Below, in pieces: positions 7,017-16,311 of a DNA stretch of 19,675 nucleotides. The stretch's first letter is position 1. Each line of letters starts with the position of its first letter. This DNA is from Vulcanimicrobiaceae bacterium (GTDB lineage Bacteria > Vulcanimicrobiota > Vulcanimicrobiia > Vulcanimicrobiales > Vulcanimicrobiaceae). The stretch lies in the NCBI GenBank assembly GCA_046262595.1, contig JBHEMM010000003.1, positions 12,179 through 31,853 on the forward strand. Reading direction: 5' to 3'. The notes below the pieces were generated by a model. It searched no databases. It saw only the letters and a list, made by a program, of their open reading frames with translations, and had not been told where the DNA came from. Position numbers and translations under genes: made by a program.

Positions 7017-7904
7017 ATGCCCAAGACCGAACAATGGCAGTGGTACGTCGAAGAATTCTCTGCGACGGAACAGCATCATCACGCCGTCGACCGCGTTTAT
7101 TACGCGGGCCGAACGGCGTTTCAAAGCGTCGGCGTCATCGAGACGCCGGTCTTCGGCAAAATGCTCGTCCTTGACGGCGACACGCAAAGCTCCGAACGCG
7201 ACGAAAAGATCTACCATGAGTCGCTCGTGCATCCGGCGATGGCTGCGGCCGCCGACCGCTCGGACGTGCTCATTTTGGGAGGCGGAGAAGGCGCGACGTT
7301 GCGCGAGGTGCTGCGCTGCCCGCAAACGCGGCGCTGTACGATGGTGGACATCGACGGCGAGGTCGTCGATCTGTGCAAAAAGCACTTGCCGGAGTGGTCG
7401 GCGGGAGCGTTCGAGGATCCGCGCGCGCGTGTGATCGTCGGCGATGCGCTCGCATTTTTAGCTGGCGATCGCGATTCGTACGGCGTCATCATCTCCGACC
7501 TTACCGAGCCGCTGGGGGATTCGCCCAGCAATCCGCTGTTTTGCGAGAGCGTTTTCCGCAGCATCAAGGCGCGGCTGGAGCAGGGCGGTGTCTACGTGCT
7601 GCAAGCCAGCACCGCAGGCTTTCACAACATGTCGCTTCACGCCAAAATGGCGCGCACGCTGCGGGCTTATTACAAGCACGCCGTTTCCTTTTACACGCAC
7701 GTTCCCGCGTTCGACAACGATTGGGCGTTCATCGCCTGCAGCGACAGCGCCGACGTTTCTGCTTTGGACCCTGCGGCGATCGACGCGTATTGCGCGTCGC
7801 TTTCGGGCGAGAACTACTTCTACGACGCCGTGACGCACCGGCGCATTTTTTCACTGCCGCGGTACCTGCGGCGCGAGCTGGCAAAGCCGGGGGATGTTTT
7901 TTGA
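7017..7904 (+). CDS. speE: Polyamine aminopropyltransferase (spermidine synthase family)
   Basis: 295 aa with FQSV...FGKMLVLDG.TQS.ERDE.IYHESLVHP, VLILGGGEGATLRE, VDIDGEVV and IISDLTEP. Confidence 0.92.
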   Translation: MPKTEQWQWYVEEFSATEQHHHAVDRVYYAGRTAFQSVGVIETPVFGKMLVLDGDTQSSERDEKIYHESLVHPAMAAAADRSDVLILGGGEGATLREVLRCPQTRRCTMVDIDGEVVDLCKKHLPEWSAGAFEDPRARVIVGDALAFLAGDRDSYGVIISDLTEPLGDSPSNPLFCESVFRSIKARLEQGGVYVLQASTAGFHNMSLHAKMARTLRAYYKHAVSFYTHVPAFDNDWAFIACSDSADVSALDPAAIDAYCASLSGENYFYDAVTHRRIFSLPRYLRRELAKPGDVF

Positions 7905-8035
7905 GCGCCGATCGCTACGATGGAAAAACGGTTCTCATGACTGCAGGCGGTTCGGGTCTGGGACGCGCGATGGCACTCGCGTTCGGAACGCTGAACTTCC
8001 GCAGCGTGTACGACCGGCTGGCGAACAAGATATGA
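7901..8035 (+). pseudogene. Internally deleted short-chain dehydrogenase/reductase remnant (44 aa)
   Basis: MSADRYDGKTVLMTAGGSGLGRAMALAF is an SDR Rossmann start (TGxxxGxG-like), fused directly to a tail GTLNFRSVYDRLANKI. A TTGA overlap with speE and an ATGA overlap with the next gene are retained. Confidence 0.7.
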
Positions 8036-8463
8036 ACATCGATCAAGACGCTGCGATCCGGCAGTGGGACAAAGAGAAGTCGCACTTTGTGGAGCTGCTC
8101 GATTTGCATCTGGTCTCGGTCGGACACGGCACCGCGGTCATGCGCATGCCCTATCGCGCGCAGATTTCCAACGGCACGGGCGCCGTGCACGGCGGCGCGA
8201 TCGTCAGCTTGTGCGACACAAGCTTTTATCTTGCGCTCGCCTCCATATTCGGCCCGGAACAGGACACGACGACCGCCGCCCTGCAGTGCAACTTCTTGGC
8301 GCCTGCCCTTCCGCCCGACGATCTTATCGCCGAAGCAACCGTGCTCAAGGCTGGGCGGCGCATCGTGTACGGTGAAGTGCACGTGCGCAGCGGCGAGAAG
8401 CTCGTTGCTCATGCCACGCTGAACTTTTTGAACTCGTATCCGCAAGAGAAGCCCGCCAAATGA
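8032..8463 (+). CDS. PaaI family hotdog-fold thioesterase
   Basis: ATG 8032 gives 143 aa with NGTGAVHGGAIVSLCD, CNFLAPA and VLKAGRRIVYGEV. Confidence 0.88.
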   Translation: MNIDQDAAIRQWDKEKSHFVELLDLHLVSVGHGTAVMRMPYRAQISNGTGAVHGGAIVSLCDTSFYLALASIFGPEQDTTTAALQCNFLAPALPPDDLIAEATVLKAGRRIVYGEVHVRSGEKLVAHATLNFLNSYPQEKPAK

Positions 8464-9566
8464 CCGCAACGACACCCGCGCGCCGGACGGCCCTGTACGA
8501 CGAACACGTGCGCCTCGGCGCGCGGCTCATCCCGTTCGGCGGCTTCGATATGCCGGTGCAGTACGCGAGCATCCTCAAAGAGCACGAAGCCGTGCGCAAG
8601 CACGCGGGCTTGTTCGATCTTTCGCATATGGCCCAGTTCGTTCTGGAAGGCGATGACGTCGCGCCGTGGGCCGATGCGCTCACCGTCAATGCCGTCGGCA
8701 CGATGAAGGCCGGCCAAGCGCGCTACAACATCTTTACGAACGAACGTGGCGGCGCGCTGGACGACGTCATTTTTTACCGTTTGGAAACCCGCTGGCTGCT
8801 CGTGGTCAATGCGGGCAACGCCGATAAAATATGGACCTATTTGAACGCGCAAGCAAACGGCGCGCACGTAAAACTCACGAGCCTGCACGGTAAAAATGCG
8901 CTCGTTGCGATCCAAGGTCCCGCGTCGTCGGCCATGCTTCAAGAGCATACGGACGTGGATGTCGAGTCGCTCAAGTATTATTTTTGCGCCCAAGGGCGCG
9001 TCTACGGCAAGCGCGCGCTCATCGCGCGCACGGGCTACACCGGCGAAGACGGCTTCGAGCTGTTCGTCGACGGTTCGGATGCCGCCGAGGTCTGGAACGG
9101 GCTCCTGCGCGATAACGCGCAAGCCGGCCTGATCCCGGCGGGCTTAGGAGCGCGCGACGTCTTGCGGCTGGAGGCGGGCATGCCGCTGTACGGGCACGAG
9201 CTCACCGAAGAAATCACGCCGCTCCAAGCGGGGCTCAATTGGGCGGTCAAGTTTTCGAAACCAAGTTTTACCGGCAGAGAAGCGCTAGACACGCAAAAAG
9301 AGGCGGATGCCTTCGATCGCATTGTCGGCTTAGTCATGGACGGGCGCGCTCCGGCGCGCGAAGGTTATGAAGTGTTTTCGCAGGGCGGCCGCATCGGTGA
9401 AATCCGCAGCGGCTCGGTGGCACCCTCGGTTGACAACAAAAGCATCGCAACGGCGCTCGTGAAAAAGGAATTCGCATCCGCCGGTACGGCGGTTGCGGTT
9501 CATATCCGTGGAACCGCTTACGGCGCGCGCGTCGTGCCGCTACCGTTTTATAAGAGGAGGACGTAA
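8460..9566 (+). CDS. gcvT: Glycine cleavage system aminomethyltransferase T
   Basis: Motifs RTALYDEH, FGGFDMPVQY, GLFDLSHM, ARTGYTGEDGFE and GLGARDVLRLEAGMPLYGHEL. Confidence 0.97.
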   Translation: MTATTPARRTALYDEHVRLGARLIPFGGFDMPVQYASILKEHEAVRKHAGLFDLSHMAQFVLEGDDVAPWADALTVNAVGTMKAGQARYNIFTNERGGALDDVIFYRLETRWLLVVNAGNADKIWTYLNAQANGAHVKLTSLHGKNALVAIQGPASSAMLQEHTDVDVESLKYYFCAQGRVYGKRALIARTGYTGEDGFELFVDGSDAAEVWNGLLRDNAQAGLIPAGLGARDVLRLEAGMPLYGHELTEEITPLQAGLNWAVKFSKPSFTGREALDTQKEADAFDRIVGLVMDGRAPAREGYEVFSQGGRIGEIRSGSVAPSVDNKSIATALVKKEFASAGTAVAVHIRGTAYGARVVPLPFYKRRT

Positions 9567-9947
9567 TTGGCGCAGCCGGCAGAGTTGCTCTACAGCAAAG
9601 AACATGAGTGGGTCAAACTCGAGGACGGCGTCGCCACCGTTGGAATCACCGATTACGCGCAGAATTCGCTGGGCGACATCGTCTACGTCGAATTGCCCAA
9701 GGTTGGAGCCGCTATCGCACAGTTCGGGAGCGTCGGCGTGGTCGAATCGGTCAAAGCCGTTTCCGACTTGTTTACGCCGGTCGGAGGCGAAGTCACCGAG
9801 ATCAATCCGGCGCTGGAAAACGATCCGGCGCTCGTCAACCGCGAACCGTTTGAGAGCGGATGGTTGTTTAAGGTGAAGGTCTCGGACGAGAATCAAACCG
9901 CCGGTTTGCTGAGCGCAGCCGATTACGACAAGCTCACGCAGGAGTAG
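9567..9947 (+). CDS. gcvH: Glycine cleavage system H protein
   Basis: TTG start after AGGAGG. Motifs YSKEHEWV, GITDYAQ..LGDIVYVELP and lipoyl-lysine VESVKAVSD. Confidence 0.97.
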   Translation: MAQPAELLYSKEHEWVKLEDGVATVGITDYAQNSLGDIVYVELPKVGAAIAQFGSVGVVESVKAVSDLFTPVGGEVTEINPALENDPALVNREPFESGWLFKVKVSDENQTAGLLSAADYDKLTQE

Positions 9948-9957
9948 CCGCCGCTTC

Positions 9958-11319
9958 GTGTATACCCCTCACACCGCAAAGGACATCCGGGAGATGCTTG
10001 CGAGCATCGGTGCCGGTTCGCTCGAAGAGCTCGTGCGGGTTCCCGACGCCGTCCGTCTGCGAGAGCCGCTCGACATCGTCCCGGCGCTGAGCGAAGCGGG
10101 CATTACGCGCCGCTTCGAACACTTCGCGCAGAAAAACGCAGCTGCAGGGTGCATTTCGTTTTTGGGCGCGGGCGCGTACCGCCATTATATTCCTCCCGCT
10201 ATCGGCGCCTTGGCAATGCGCGGCGAGTTTCTGACGGCCTACACACCCTACCAGGCGGAAGTCTCGCAAGGATATCTGCAGGCGATTTACGAGTGGCAGA
10301 CCTACATCTGTTTGCTCACGGGCCTTGATATCGCGAATGCCTCGGTGTATGACGGCGCAACCGCGCTCGCGGAAGCGGCGATCATGGCACTGAATGCGAC
10401 CGGGCGTAAAAAGCTGCTCGTATCGCGCGCGATCCATCCCAACTACCGCGCAGTCCTTAAAACGTATTGCGACGGGCTTGAAATTACCATCGACGAACTG
10501 GCGCTTCGCCACGACGGAACGACCGATTTGCGAGGGCTTGACGCGCAGGTCGCAGGCAAGGAGTATGCGGCGATCGCCCTGCAGTCGCCGAACTTTTTCG
10601 GCAATGTCGACGTGCCGGATGCATCCGCGCAAAGCGCCGCGAGTTCGAGCGGCACGGTGCTTATCGGCGTCATCGCCGAAGCACTTTCGCTTGCAGCGCT
10701 GCAGACGCCGGCTTCTTGGGGCGCGCAGATCGTCGCCGGCGAAGCGCAAAGTTTCGGCGTGCCGGTCGCGTACGGCGGTCCGTACGTCGGATTCATCGCC
10801 TCAACCACCGAGCATCTGCGGCGCATTCCCGGACGCTTGGCCGGCAAGACGCTGGACGTGCACGGCAACGAAGCGTACGTTCTGACACTTCAGGCGCGCG
10901 AGCAGCACATCCGCCGCGAGCGCGCGACCTCGAACATCTGCACGAATCAAGCACACTGCGCGCTTATTGCGACCATCTACCTCGCGCTGATGGGCAAGAG
11001 CGGGCTGCGCGACGCTGCTGCGGCGAATGTTCAGCGGTCGCGCGAGCTCGCGGGCCGCGTCAGTTCCATTCCTGGACTGCGCCTGCAATTCGACGCGCCG
11101 TTCTTCAACGAGTTCGCGCTAAACGCGGGCCGCCCGGCAGCACACGTGCTGTCCTCGCTTCAGGAGCGCGGCATCTTAGGCGGCGTCGATTTGGGGCGCT
11201 GGTATCCCGAGTTGAAAGACTGCATCCTGATGACGGCGACCGAAATAACTTCAAGTGTCGAGATCGATGCGTTATGTGCCGCACTGCACGAGGTGGGCAA
11301 TGTCGCGCTTAGCGTCTGA
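9958..11319 (+). CDS. gcvPA: Glycine dehydrogenase (decarboxylating) subunit 1
   Basis: Motifs YTPHT, FLGAGAYRH, TAYTPYQAEVSQG, NASVYDGATA and LQAREQHIRRERATSNICTNQ. Confidence 0.96.
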   Translation: MYTPHTAKDIREMLASIGAGSLEELVRVPDAVRLREPLDIVPALSEAGITRRFEHFAQKNAAAGCISFLGAGAYRHYIPPAIGALAMRGEFLTAYTPYQAEVSQGYLQAIYEWQTYICLLTGLDIANASVYDGATALAEAAIMALNATGRKKLLVSRAIHPNYRAVLKTYCDGLEITIDELALRHDGTTDLRGLDAQVAGKEYAAIALQSPNFFGNVDVPDASAQSAASSSGTVLIGVIAEALSLAALQTPASWGAQIVAGEAQSFGVPVAYGGPYVGFIASTTEHLRRIPGRLAGKTLDVHGNEAYVLTLQAREQHIRRERATSNICTNQAHCALIATIYLALMGKSGLRDAAAANVQRSRELAGRVSSIPGLRLQFDAPFFNEFALNAGRPAAHVLSSLQERGILGGVDLGRWYPELKDCILMTATEITSSVEIDALCAALHEVGNVALSV

Positions 11320-12808
11320 TCACACCGCCTCGCCGCTGATCTTTGAAATGGGCCAAGAGGGGCGCGCAAACCGGTACCTGGACGAGGCTCCGGAGCTGGG
11401 CGATTATCTGCCGCAGGATGTCTTGCGATCGGAGCTGCCGCTGCCCGACAACAGCGAGCTGGATGTCGTGCGGCATTTCACGCGCCTCTCGCAGCGCACG
11501 TTCGGCATCGACGTCGGTTTTTATCCGCTCGGCTCGTGCACGATGAAATACAATCCGCGCGTAAACGACGCGATGGCAAACCTGCCCGGCATGCGCGATC
11601 TGCACCCGTACGCGCCCGACGAGCTGGCGCAAGGCGCACTGCAGGTGATGTACGAGCTCGAGCGCACGTTCTGTTCGCTCTTCGGCATGGCTGCGTTTTC
11701 GCTCAATCCCGCGGCCGGCGCGCACGCCGAGCTTGCCGCGCTGCTGATCGCCAAGGCGTACTTCAAAGATCGCGGCGAGAAGCGCGACAAAGTCATCGTT
11801 CCGGACACGGCGCACGGCACGAATCCGGCTTCAGCGGCGATGTGCGGCTTCAAAGTGATATCGCTCAAGAGCGATGCGGGCGGACGCGTCAGCCTCGAAG
11901 AGCTCCGCAAGGTGCTGGGGCCGGATACCGCCGTCTGCATGATGACGAATCCGAATACGCTCGGCCTGTTCGAGGATAGCATTCACGAGATCGCGCAGGC
12001 GGTACACGAAGCGGGCGGTTTGATGTACTACGACGGCGCCAACGCGAACGCGTTGATGGGAAATGCGCGGCCGGGCGACATGGGTTTCGATCTCATGCAT
12101 TTGAACACGCATAAAACGTTTACGATTCCGCACGGCGGCGGCGGTGCCGGGCACGGGCCGGTCGGCGTGGCGGCACATCTCACCGATTATCTGCCGACGC
12201 CTTACGTACGCTCGCGTCAGAAAAGTAACCCTGATGCGCGCCTCTCGCCAAGCGATCAACGCGAATTTTACCTCGACTTCGACGTTCCTAAATCCATCGG
12301 CCCCATGCGTTCGTTCTGGTCGAATTTTGCGCACGCGGTTCGCGCGCTTGCATACATCTATGCCAACGGCGCGCAAGGGCTTACGAAAGTCTCGCAGTTG
12401 GCGGTGCTCAACGCCAATTATCTGCGCGCGCACGTGCGCGAATTTCTCGACACGCCGTACGACGAGCCGTGCCGGCACGAGTTCGTCGCTTCGGCGCAAA
12501 ACTTGAAAAAAGAAACGGGCGTTCGGGCATTGGATATTGCGAAGGCGCTGCTCGACCGCGGGTTCATGGCGCCGACGGTCTATTTTCCGCTCATCGTTCC
12601 GGAATGTCTCATGATCGAGCCGACGGAAACGGAATCCAAGGAAACGCTCGATCAGTTCATCGCCTCGCTGCGGGAAATCGTCGAAGAGGCGAAAACCGAC
12701 CCTGCGCCCATCCTTGCCGCCCCGGTCAACACGGTCGTCGGCCGTCTGGACGAGACGCGGGCAGCCCGGCACCCCGACCTGCGCTGGAGACCCGCTCCCA
12801 CGATGTAA
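11300..12808 (+). CDS. gcvPB: Glycine dehydrogenase (decarboxylating) subunit 2
   Basis: Likely ATG 11300 after GAGGTG. Motifs FYPLGSCTMKYNP, AHGTNPASA, PLP-lysine HLNTHKTF and MIEPTETESK. Confidence 0.96.
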   Translation: MSRLASDHTASPLIFEMGQEGRANRYLDEAPELGDYLPQDVLRSELPLPDNSELDVVRHFTRLSQRTFGIDVGFYPLGSCTMKYNPRVNDAMANLPGMRDLHPYAPDELAQGALQVMYELERTFCSLFGMAAFSLNPAAGAHAELAALLIAKAYFKDRGEKRDKVIVPDTAHGTNPASAAMCGFKVISLKSDAGGRVSLEELRKVLGPDTAVCMMTNPNTLGLFEDSIHEIAQAVHEAGGLMYYDGANANALMGNARPGDMGFDLMHLNTHKTFTIPHGGGGAGHGPVGVAAHLTDYLPTPYVRSRQKSNPDARLSPSDQREFYLDFDVPKSIGPMRSFWSNFAHAVRALAYIYANGAQGLTKVSQLAVLNANYLRAHVREFLDTPYDEPCRHEFVASAQNLKKETGVRALDIAKALLDRGFMAPTVYFPLIVPECLMIEPTETESKETLDQFIASLREIVEEAKTDPAPILAAPVNTVVGRLDETRAARHPDLRWRPAPTM

Positions 12809-12811
12809 GGG

Positions 12812-12848
12812 GCCAAGAAAGCGGCATCCAGCCGGCTTTCCTCTTGGC
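12812..12848 (+). terminator. Imperfect stem-loop after gcvPB (possible terminator)
   Basis: GCCAAGA (12812-12818) pairs with TCTTGGC (12842-12848), with inner AAGC/GCTT and GGC/GCC pairs. The U tract is weak. Confidence 0.45.
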
Positions 12849-12857
12849 GCTTTCGGT

Positions 12858-12863
12858 TATAAT
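12858..12863 (+). promoter_or_regulatory. Consensus -10 element for the NUDIX-scpAB operon
   Basis: TATAAT in the 114-nt intergenic gap. No good -35 box was found. Confidence 0.55.
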
Positions 12864-12922
12864 CGGGGTAATGGAGGCGACCCGGAGCGGGGCGCCTTTC
12901 CAGTCCTTTAGGGGCTTTGTGA

Positions 12923-13402
12923 ATGCGAATCAAATACGAGGTATCCGCCGGCGGGCTCGTCCTGCGCCGGCGTGAATCAACGTACGATGCTCTGCTCATC
13001 GGACGCGGCACGCCGCGTGTTTGGACATTGCCTAAAGGACATCTGGAAGCCCGTGAATCGGCCGAGCAGGCGGCGCTTCGTGAAGTTCGCGAAGAAACCG
13101 GCTGCTGGGGCGAGATCATCACCAAGCTGAGCGACATCTCGTACTGGTTCTATCTAAACCGCGCCAAGCACAAGAAGTCGGTGACGTTCTACCTGATGCG
13201 GTACCTCTCGGGCGAAACGGCCAATCACGACCACGAAGTGGACGAAGCGGCGTGGTTCGACGTCATGGCCGCGAAAAAAGCGCTCAAGTACGTTAACGAA
13301 AAGCGGCTGATCGACTTGGGGCTGGATTACCTGCTGGCACATCCGGGCGCATTCGGCGATGTGCCGGTTCTGGCAAGGACGGCGGAACAGAGAACCTCTT
13401 GA
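12923..13402 (+). CDS. NUDIX hydrolase (Ap4A hydrolase/MutT-like)
   Basis: Nudix box GHLEARESAEQAALREVREETG, plus SAGG and WTLPKG. Confidence 0.92.
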   Translation: MRIKYEVSAGGLVLRRRESTYDALLIGRGTPRVWTLPKGHLEARESAEQAALREVREETGCWGEIITKLSDISYWFYLNRAKHKKSVTFYLMRYLSGETANHDHEVDEAAWFDVMAAKKALKYVNEKRLIDLGLDYLLAHPGAFGDVPVLARTAEQRTS

Positions 13403-14178
13403 ACGCCGCAGATCCGCAGCGCGAGCCGGCCGTCGAAGACGAGAGCAAACTTACGGTCAGTTTTGAAGTGTTCGACGGCCCGCTCGACCTGCTGCTCAGT
13501 TTGGTGAAGGAACGTCAGCTCGATATTGCGACGATACCGCTTGCCATCGTGTGCGAGCAGTACCTCGCGTACGTTTCGCTGATCGAAGCGCTCAACGTCG
13601 AGGTTGCCGCGGAGTATCTCGTGATAGCCGCCACGCTGGTGTTTTTGAAGTCGAAAGCGCTGCTGCCGCCGATACCGAGCGAATTCAGCGGCGAGGAGAG
13701 CGAGTCGCCCGAACAGGTCGAGGAACGGCTGCGCCAACGGCTTATCGCTTATTCCAAATATCGCGAAGTTGGTGAAGATCTGCGCGCGCGCCAGCTTGAA
13801 GCCGCATCGTTTTTTTACCGCGATGCGGGCGATCCGGTCGGCGAGCTGCGCCAGCGCTACCGCGTGGACCCGGAGAAATTGACGCGCGCCTTCATGTTCA
13901 TGCTGAAAAGCGCCCGTCCGGAAAAGCGCACGATCGCGCGGGAGCGCCTCTCGCTCGTCGCGTCCATGGATTACATCATGCGGCGCGTCCGCGAAGACGG
14001 CAGCGTCTTGTTTTCGCATTTATGCAAAGAATTGGGAATGGCCCGCGAATCCATCATCATTACGTTTTTAGCCGTCCTTGAATTGATCCGGCGCCGGCGC
14101 GTCTCGTACGAGCAGCCGGAGCTTTTCGAAGACATTAAACTCCTCATACTTCCAAAAGCCGCCGAACAAAGTCCGTGA
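13399..14178 (+). CDS. scpA: Segregation and condensation protein A (kleisin)
   Basis: Motifs FDGPLDLLLSLV, AAEYLVIAATL..LKSKALLP and IITFLAVLELIR. Confidence 0.95.
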   Translation: MNAADPQREPAVEDESKLTVSFEVFDGPLDLLLSLVKERQLDIATIPLAIVCEQYLAYVSLIEALNVEVAAEYLVIAATLVFLKSKALLPPIPSEFSGEESESPEQVEERLRQRLIAYSKYREVGEDLRARQLEAASFFYRDAGDPVGELRQRYRVDPEKLTRAFMFMLKSARPEKRTIARERLSLVASMDYIMRRVREDGSVLFSHLCKELGMARESIIITFLAVLELIRRRRVSYEQPELFEDIKLLILPKAAEQSP

Positions 14179-14798
14179 GCACGCAAACGCAAGAGCATCT
14201 CGAACCGCCGCAAGCCGACGAAGACCTCGAAGCAAGAGTCGAAGTGCTGCGCCGGCCGATTGAAGCGCTGCTCTTCGTCGCCGGTGAAGCGTTGACGATC
14301 AAACAGATCGCTCAACTCACGCGCGCGGAGCAATCGCACATCGCGCTGGCTCTGCAGCGCATTGAAGCGGAATACATGGATCGCGGCATCGTTCTGCGCG
14401 AGGTCGCGGGCGGTTACCGTTTCGCCAGCGCGCCGGCGGTGCGCGAGATCGTCGAGGCGTATCTGCTGCCGCCGAAAAGCAATCTCTCGACGCCCGCGCT
14501 CGAAACGCTGGCAATCGTCGCCTATCTTCAGCCCGTTACCAAAGGCGAGATCGAATCGATCCGCGGCGTGGCATCGGACAGCGTCGTCTCGACGCTGCTC
14601 GATCGCAATCTGATTGCCGAAGCCGGCCGCAAGGACGTCGTCGGGCGTCCGATGCTCTATAAGACGACGCCCGAATTCTTAGAGTCGTTCGGCCTGCGCT
14701 CGGTCGACGATCTGCCCCCGATGGAACTCGAGCAGGGGCAGCCGTTGGAACTCGATCTTCTGACCGCAAACATCACCGCCTCCGCCCCGCAGGTATGA
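14175..14798 (+). CDS. scpB: Segregation and condensation protein B
   Basis: Motifs IEALLFVAG, LS.PALETLAIVAYLQPVTKGEIESIRGV and GRPMLYKTT.EFL..FGL. Confidence 0.96.
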   Translation: MSTQTQEHLEPPQADEDLEARVEVLRRPIEALLFVAGEALTIKQIAQLTRAEQSHIALALQRIEAEYMDRGIVLREVAGGYRFASAPAVREIVEAYLLPPKSNLSTPALETLAIVAYLQPVTKGEIESIRGVASDSVVSTLLDRNLIAEAGRKDVVGRPMLYKTTPEFLESFGLRSVDDLPPMELEQGQPLELDLLTANITASAPQV

Positions 14799-15457
14799 CC
14801 GCAGCCGGCTACTCGGGCGAGCTGTATGACGCGATTGCGGCGTATGGGCTGCAACGCGGCGCTGCGATCCTCGATGTCGGGTGCGGCGACGGCGCAGCGA
14901 GCGGGCCGTTTGCCGACAATGATTTTCCGGTGACCGGCGTTGACGTCTCGCGTGAAGCACTCGCGGCGGCGCGCGTGCGTTTGCCCGATGCGGCGCTTAC
15001 GGAAGCGCAGGCCGAAGCGCTGCCTTTTCCGGATCAGCGCTTTGACGTCGCTATCTGCGCGCAAAGCATCCACTTGTTCGATCGGACGCGAGCGCTGCAA
15101 GAGATGCAGCGTGTGCTCAAGCCGTCGGGAATCGTCGCGGTGTGGTGGAAACAGCTGATGACGCAAGAGGGCGTTCGCGAAGTGCGTGAAGAGACGTATC
15201 GCGAACGCAGCGCCGAGCCGCCGCCGGAAGGCCTTACGGGCGGCTTCAAAGAGTTTTACGCGGCGGCGGAGCTGCGCGATCAATCGCTGCGCGTCATTCC
15301 CTGGCGCACATCGGTGACGCTCGAGCAATTCGTCCTGGGCGAGAGCGAAGAGGTGCGCGATGCGCTGCGGGACGCGATGCGCAGGCGTTTGGGCGCGCAG
15401 AATCCGGCGCTGGGGCTCGCCTACATACAATACTTGTATCTGGCGAAGCGGCGCTGA
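14795..15457 (+). CDS. Class I SAM-dependent methyltransferase
   Basis: Motifs ILDVGCGDG, VTGVDVS, AEALPFPDQRFD and EMQRVLKPSG. It is coupled to scpB and nfo. Confidence 0.85.
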   Translation: MTAAGYSGELYDAIAAYGLQRGAAILDVGCGDGAASGPFADNDFPVTGVDVSREALAAARVRLPDAALTEAQAEALPFPDQRFDVAICAQSIHLFDRTRALQEMQRVLKPSGIVAVWWKQLMTQEGVREVREETYRERSAEPPPEGLTGGFKEFYAAAELRDQSLRVIPWRTSVTLEQFVLGESEEVRDALRDAMRRRLGAQNPALGLAYIQYLYLAKRR

Positions 15458-16311
15458 TGCGCATCGGCATTCACGTGCGCGTGGGAGCCGGCTACCCCGC
15501 CGCGATTGCGTATGCGCAGCGCGTCGGGTGCGATGCGTTACAGATCTTTTCGAGCAACCCGCGCAGCTACCGTCCATCGCCGGTAAACCGGCCTGCGTTA
15601 GCGGCCTTCAAAGAACTGCGCGAGAACGCGGGCATTGATCCGTGTGTCATCCACACGCCGTATCTGATCAATTTGGCAAGCGGCGATCCGAAGATCTCCG
15701 CAGGCTCGCCCGCGCTGCTCAAAGCCGACCTTGCCGTCGCGGCCGCGGGCGGCATCCGCTATGTCAACACGCACCTTGGCTCGTACGGAAAGCGCGAGCG
15801 CAGCGAAGGCTTCATCACCGCATGCCGGCTTTTGGAAGAAGCGCTGAGCGATTTGGGTCCCGACGTCTTCTTGGTGATGGAAAACTCTGCGGGTGCGGGT
15901 TCGCTTTGCGGCGGAACGCTCGAAGAGCTGGGGCGCTTCATCAAGTCGCTCGATCATCCGCAGCTTGGCGTGTGTTTGGACACCGCCCATGCGTGGTCGG
16001 CCGGTTATGAAATCAATACGCAGCGCGGCGTCGATGCGTTTCTTTACGAAACGGCCGAGCAGATCGGACTCGACCGCGTGCATGTGTTTCATTTTAACGA
16101 CACGCAGGTTCCCCTGGGCGGCTCGCGCGATCGCCATCACCATATCGGAGAAGGCAATATCGGTTTCGAGGGTTTCCGCGCCTTGGCTTCGCGCCCCGAA
16201 TTGCGCGGCAAAACAGCGATCTTGGAAACGCCGGGCGAAGAAGCCGACGACGCGCGCAACATGGAAACGATTCGCGCGATATTCCGCGGCGCGGCTGCGG
16301 CGCGGGCATGA
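15457..16311 (+). CDS. nfo: Endonuclease IV (AP endonuclease family 2)
   Basis: Motifs HTPYLINLAS, ENSAG, CLDTAH, HFNDT, DRHHHIGEG and ILETP. Confidence 0.95.
   Translation: MRIGIHVRVGAGYPAAIAYAQRVGCDALQIFSSNPRSYRPSPVNRPALAAFKELRENAGIDPCVIHTPYLINLASGDPKISAGSPALLKADLAVAAAGGIRYVNTHLGSYGKRERSEGFITACRLLEEALSDLGPDVFLVMENSAGAGSLCGGTLEELGRFIKSLDHPQLGVCLDTAHAWSAGYEINTQRGVDAFLYETAEQIGLDRVHVFHFNDTQVPLGGSRDRHHHIGEGNIGFEGFRALASRPELRGKTAILETPGEEADDARNMETIRAIFRGAAAARA

Noticed and set aside
12211..12265. Short extra segment (SRQKSNPDARLSPSDQR) in GcvPB
   Set aside because: It appears to fall in a variable surface loop before the YLDFD..KSIG motif, is in frame and has no repeat or element features.
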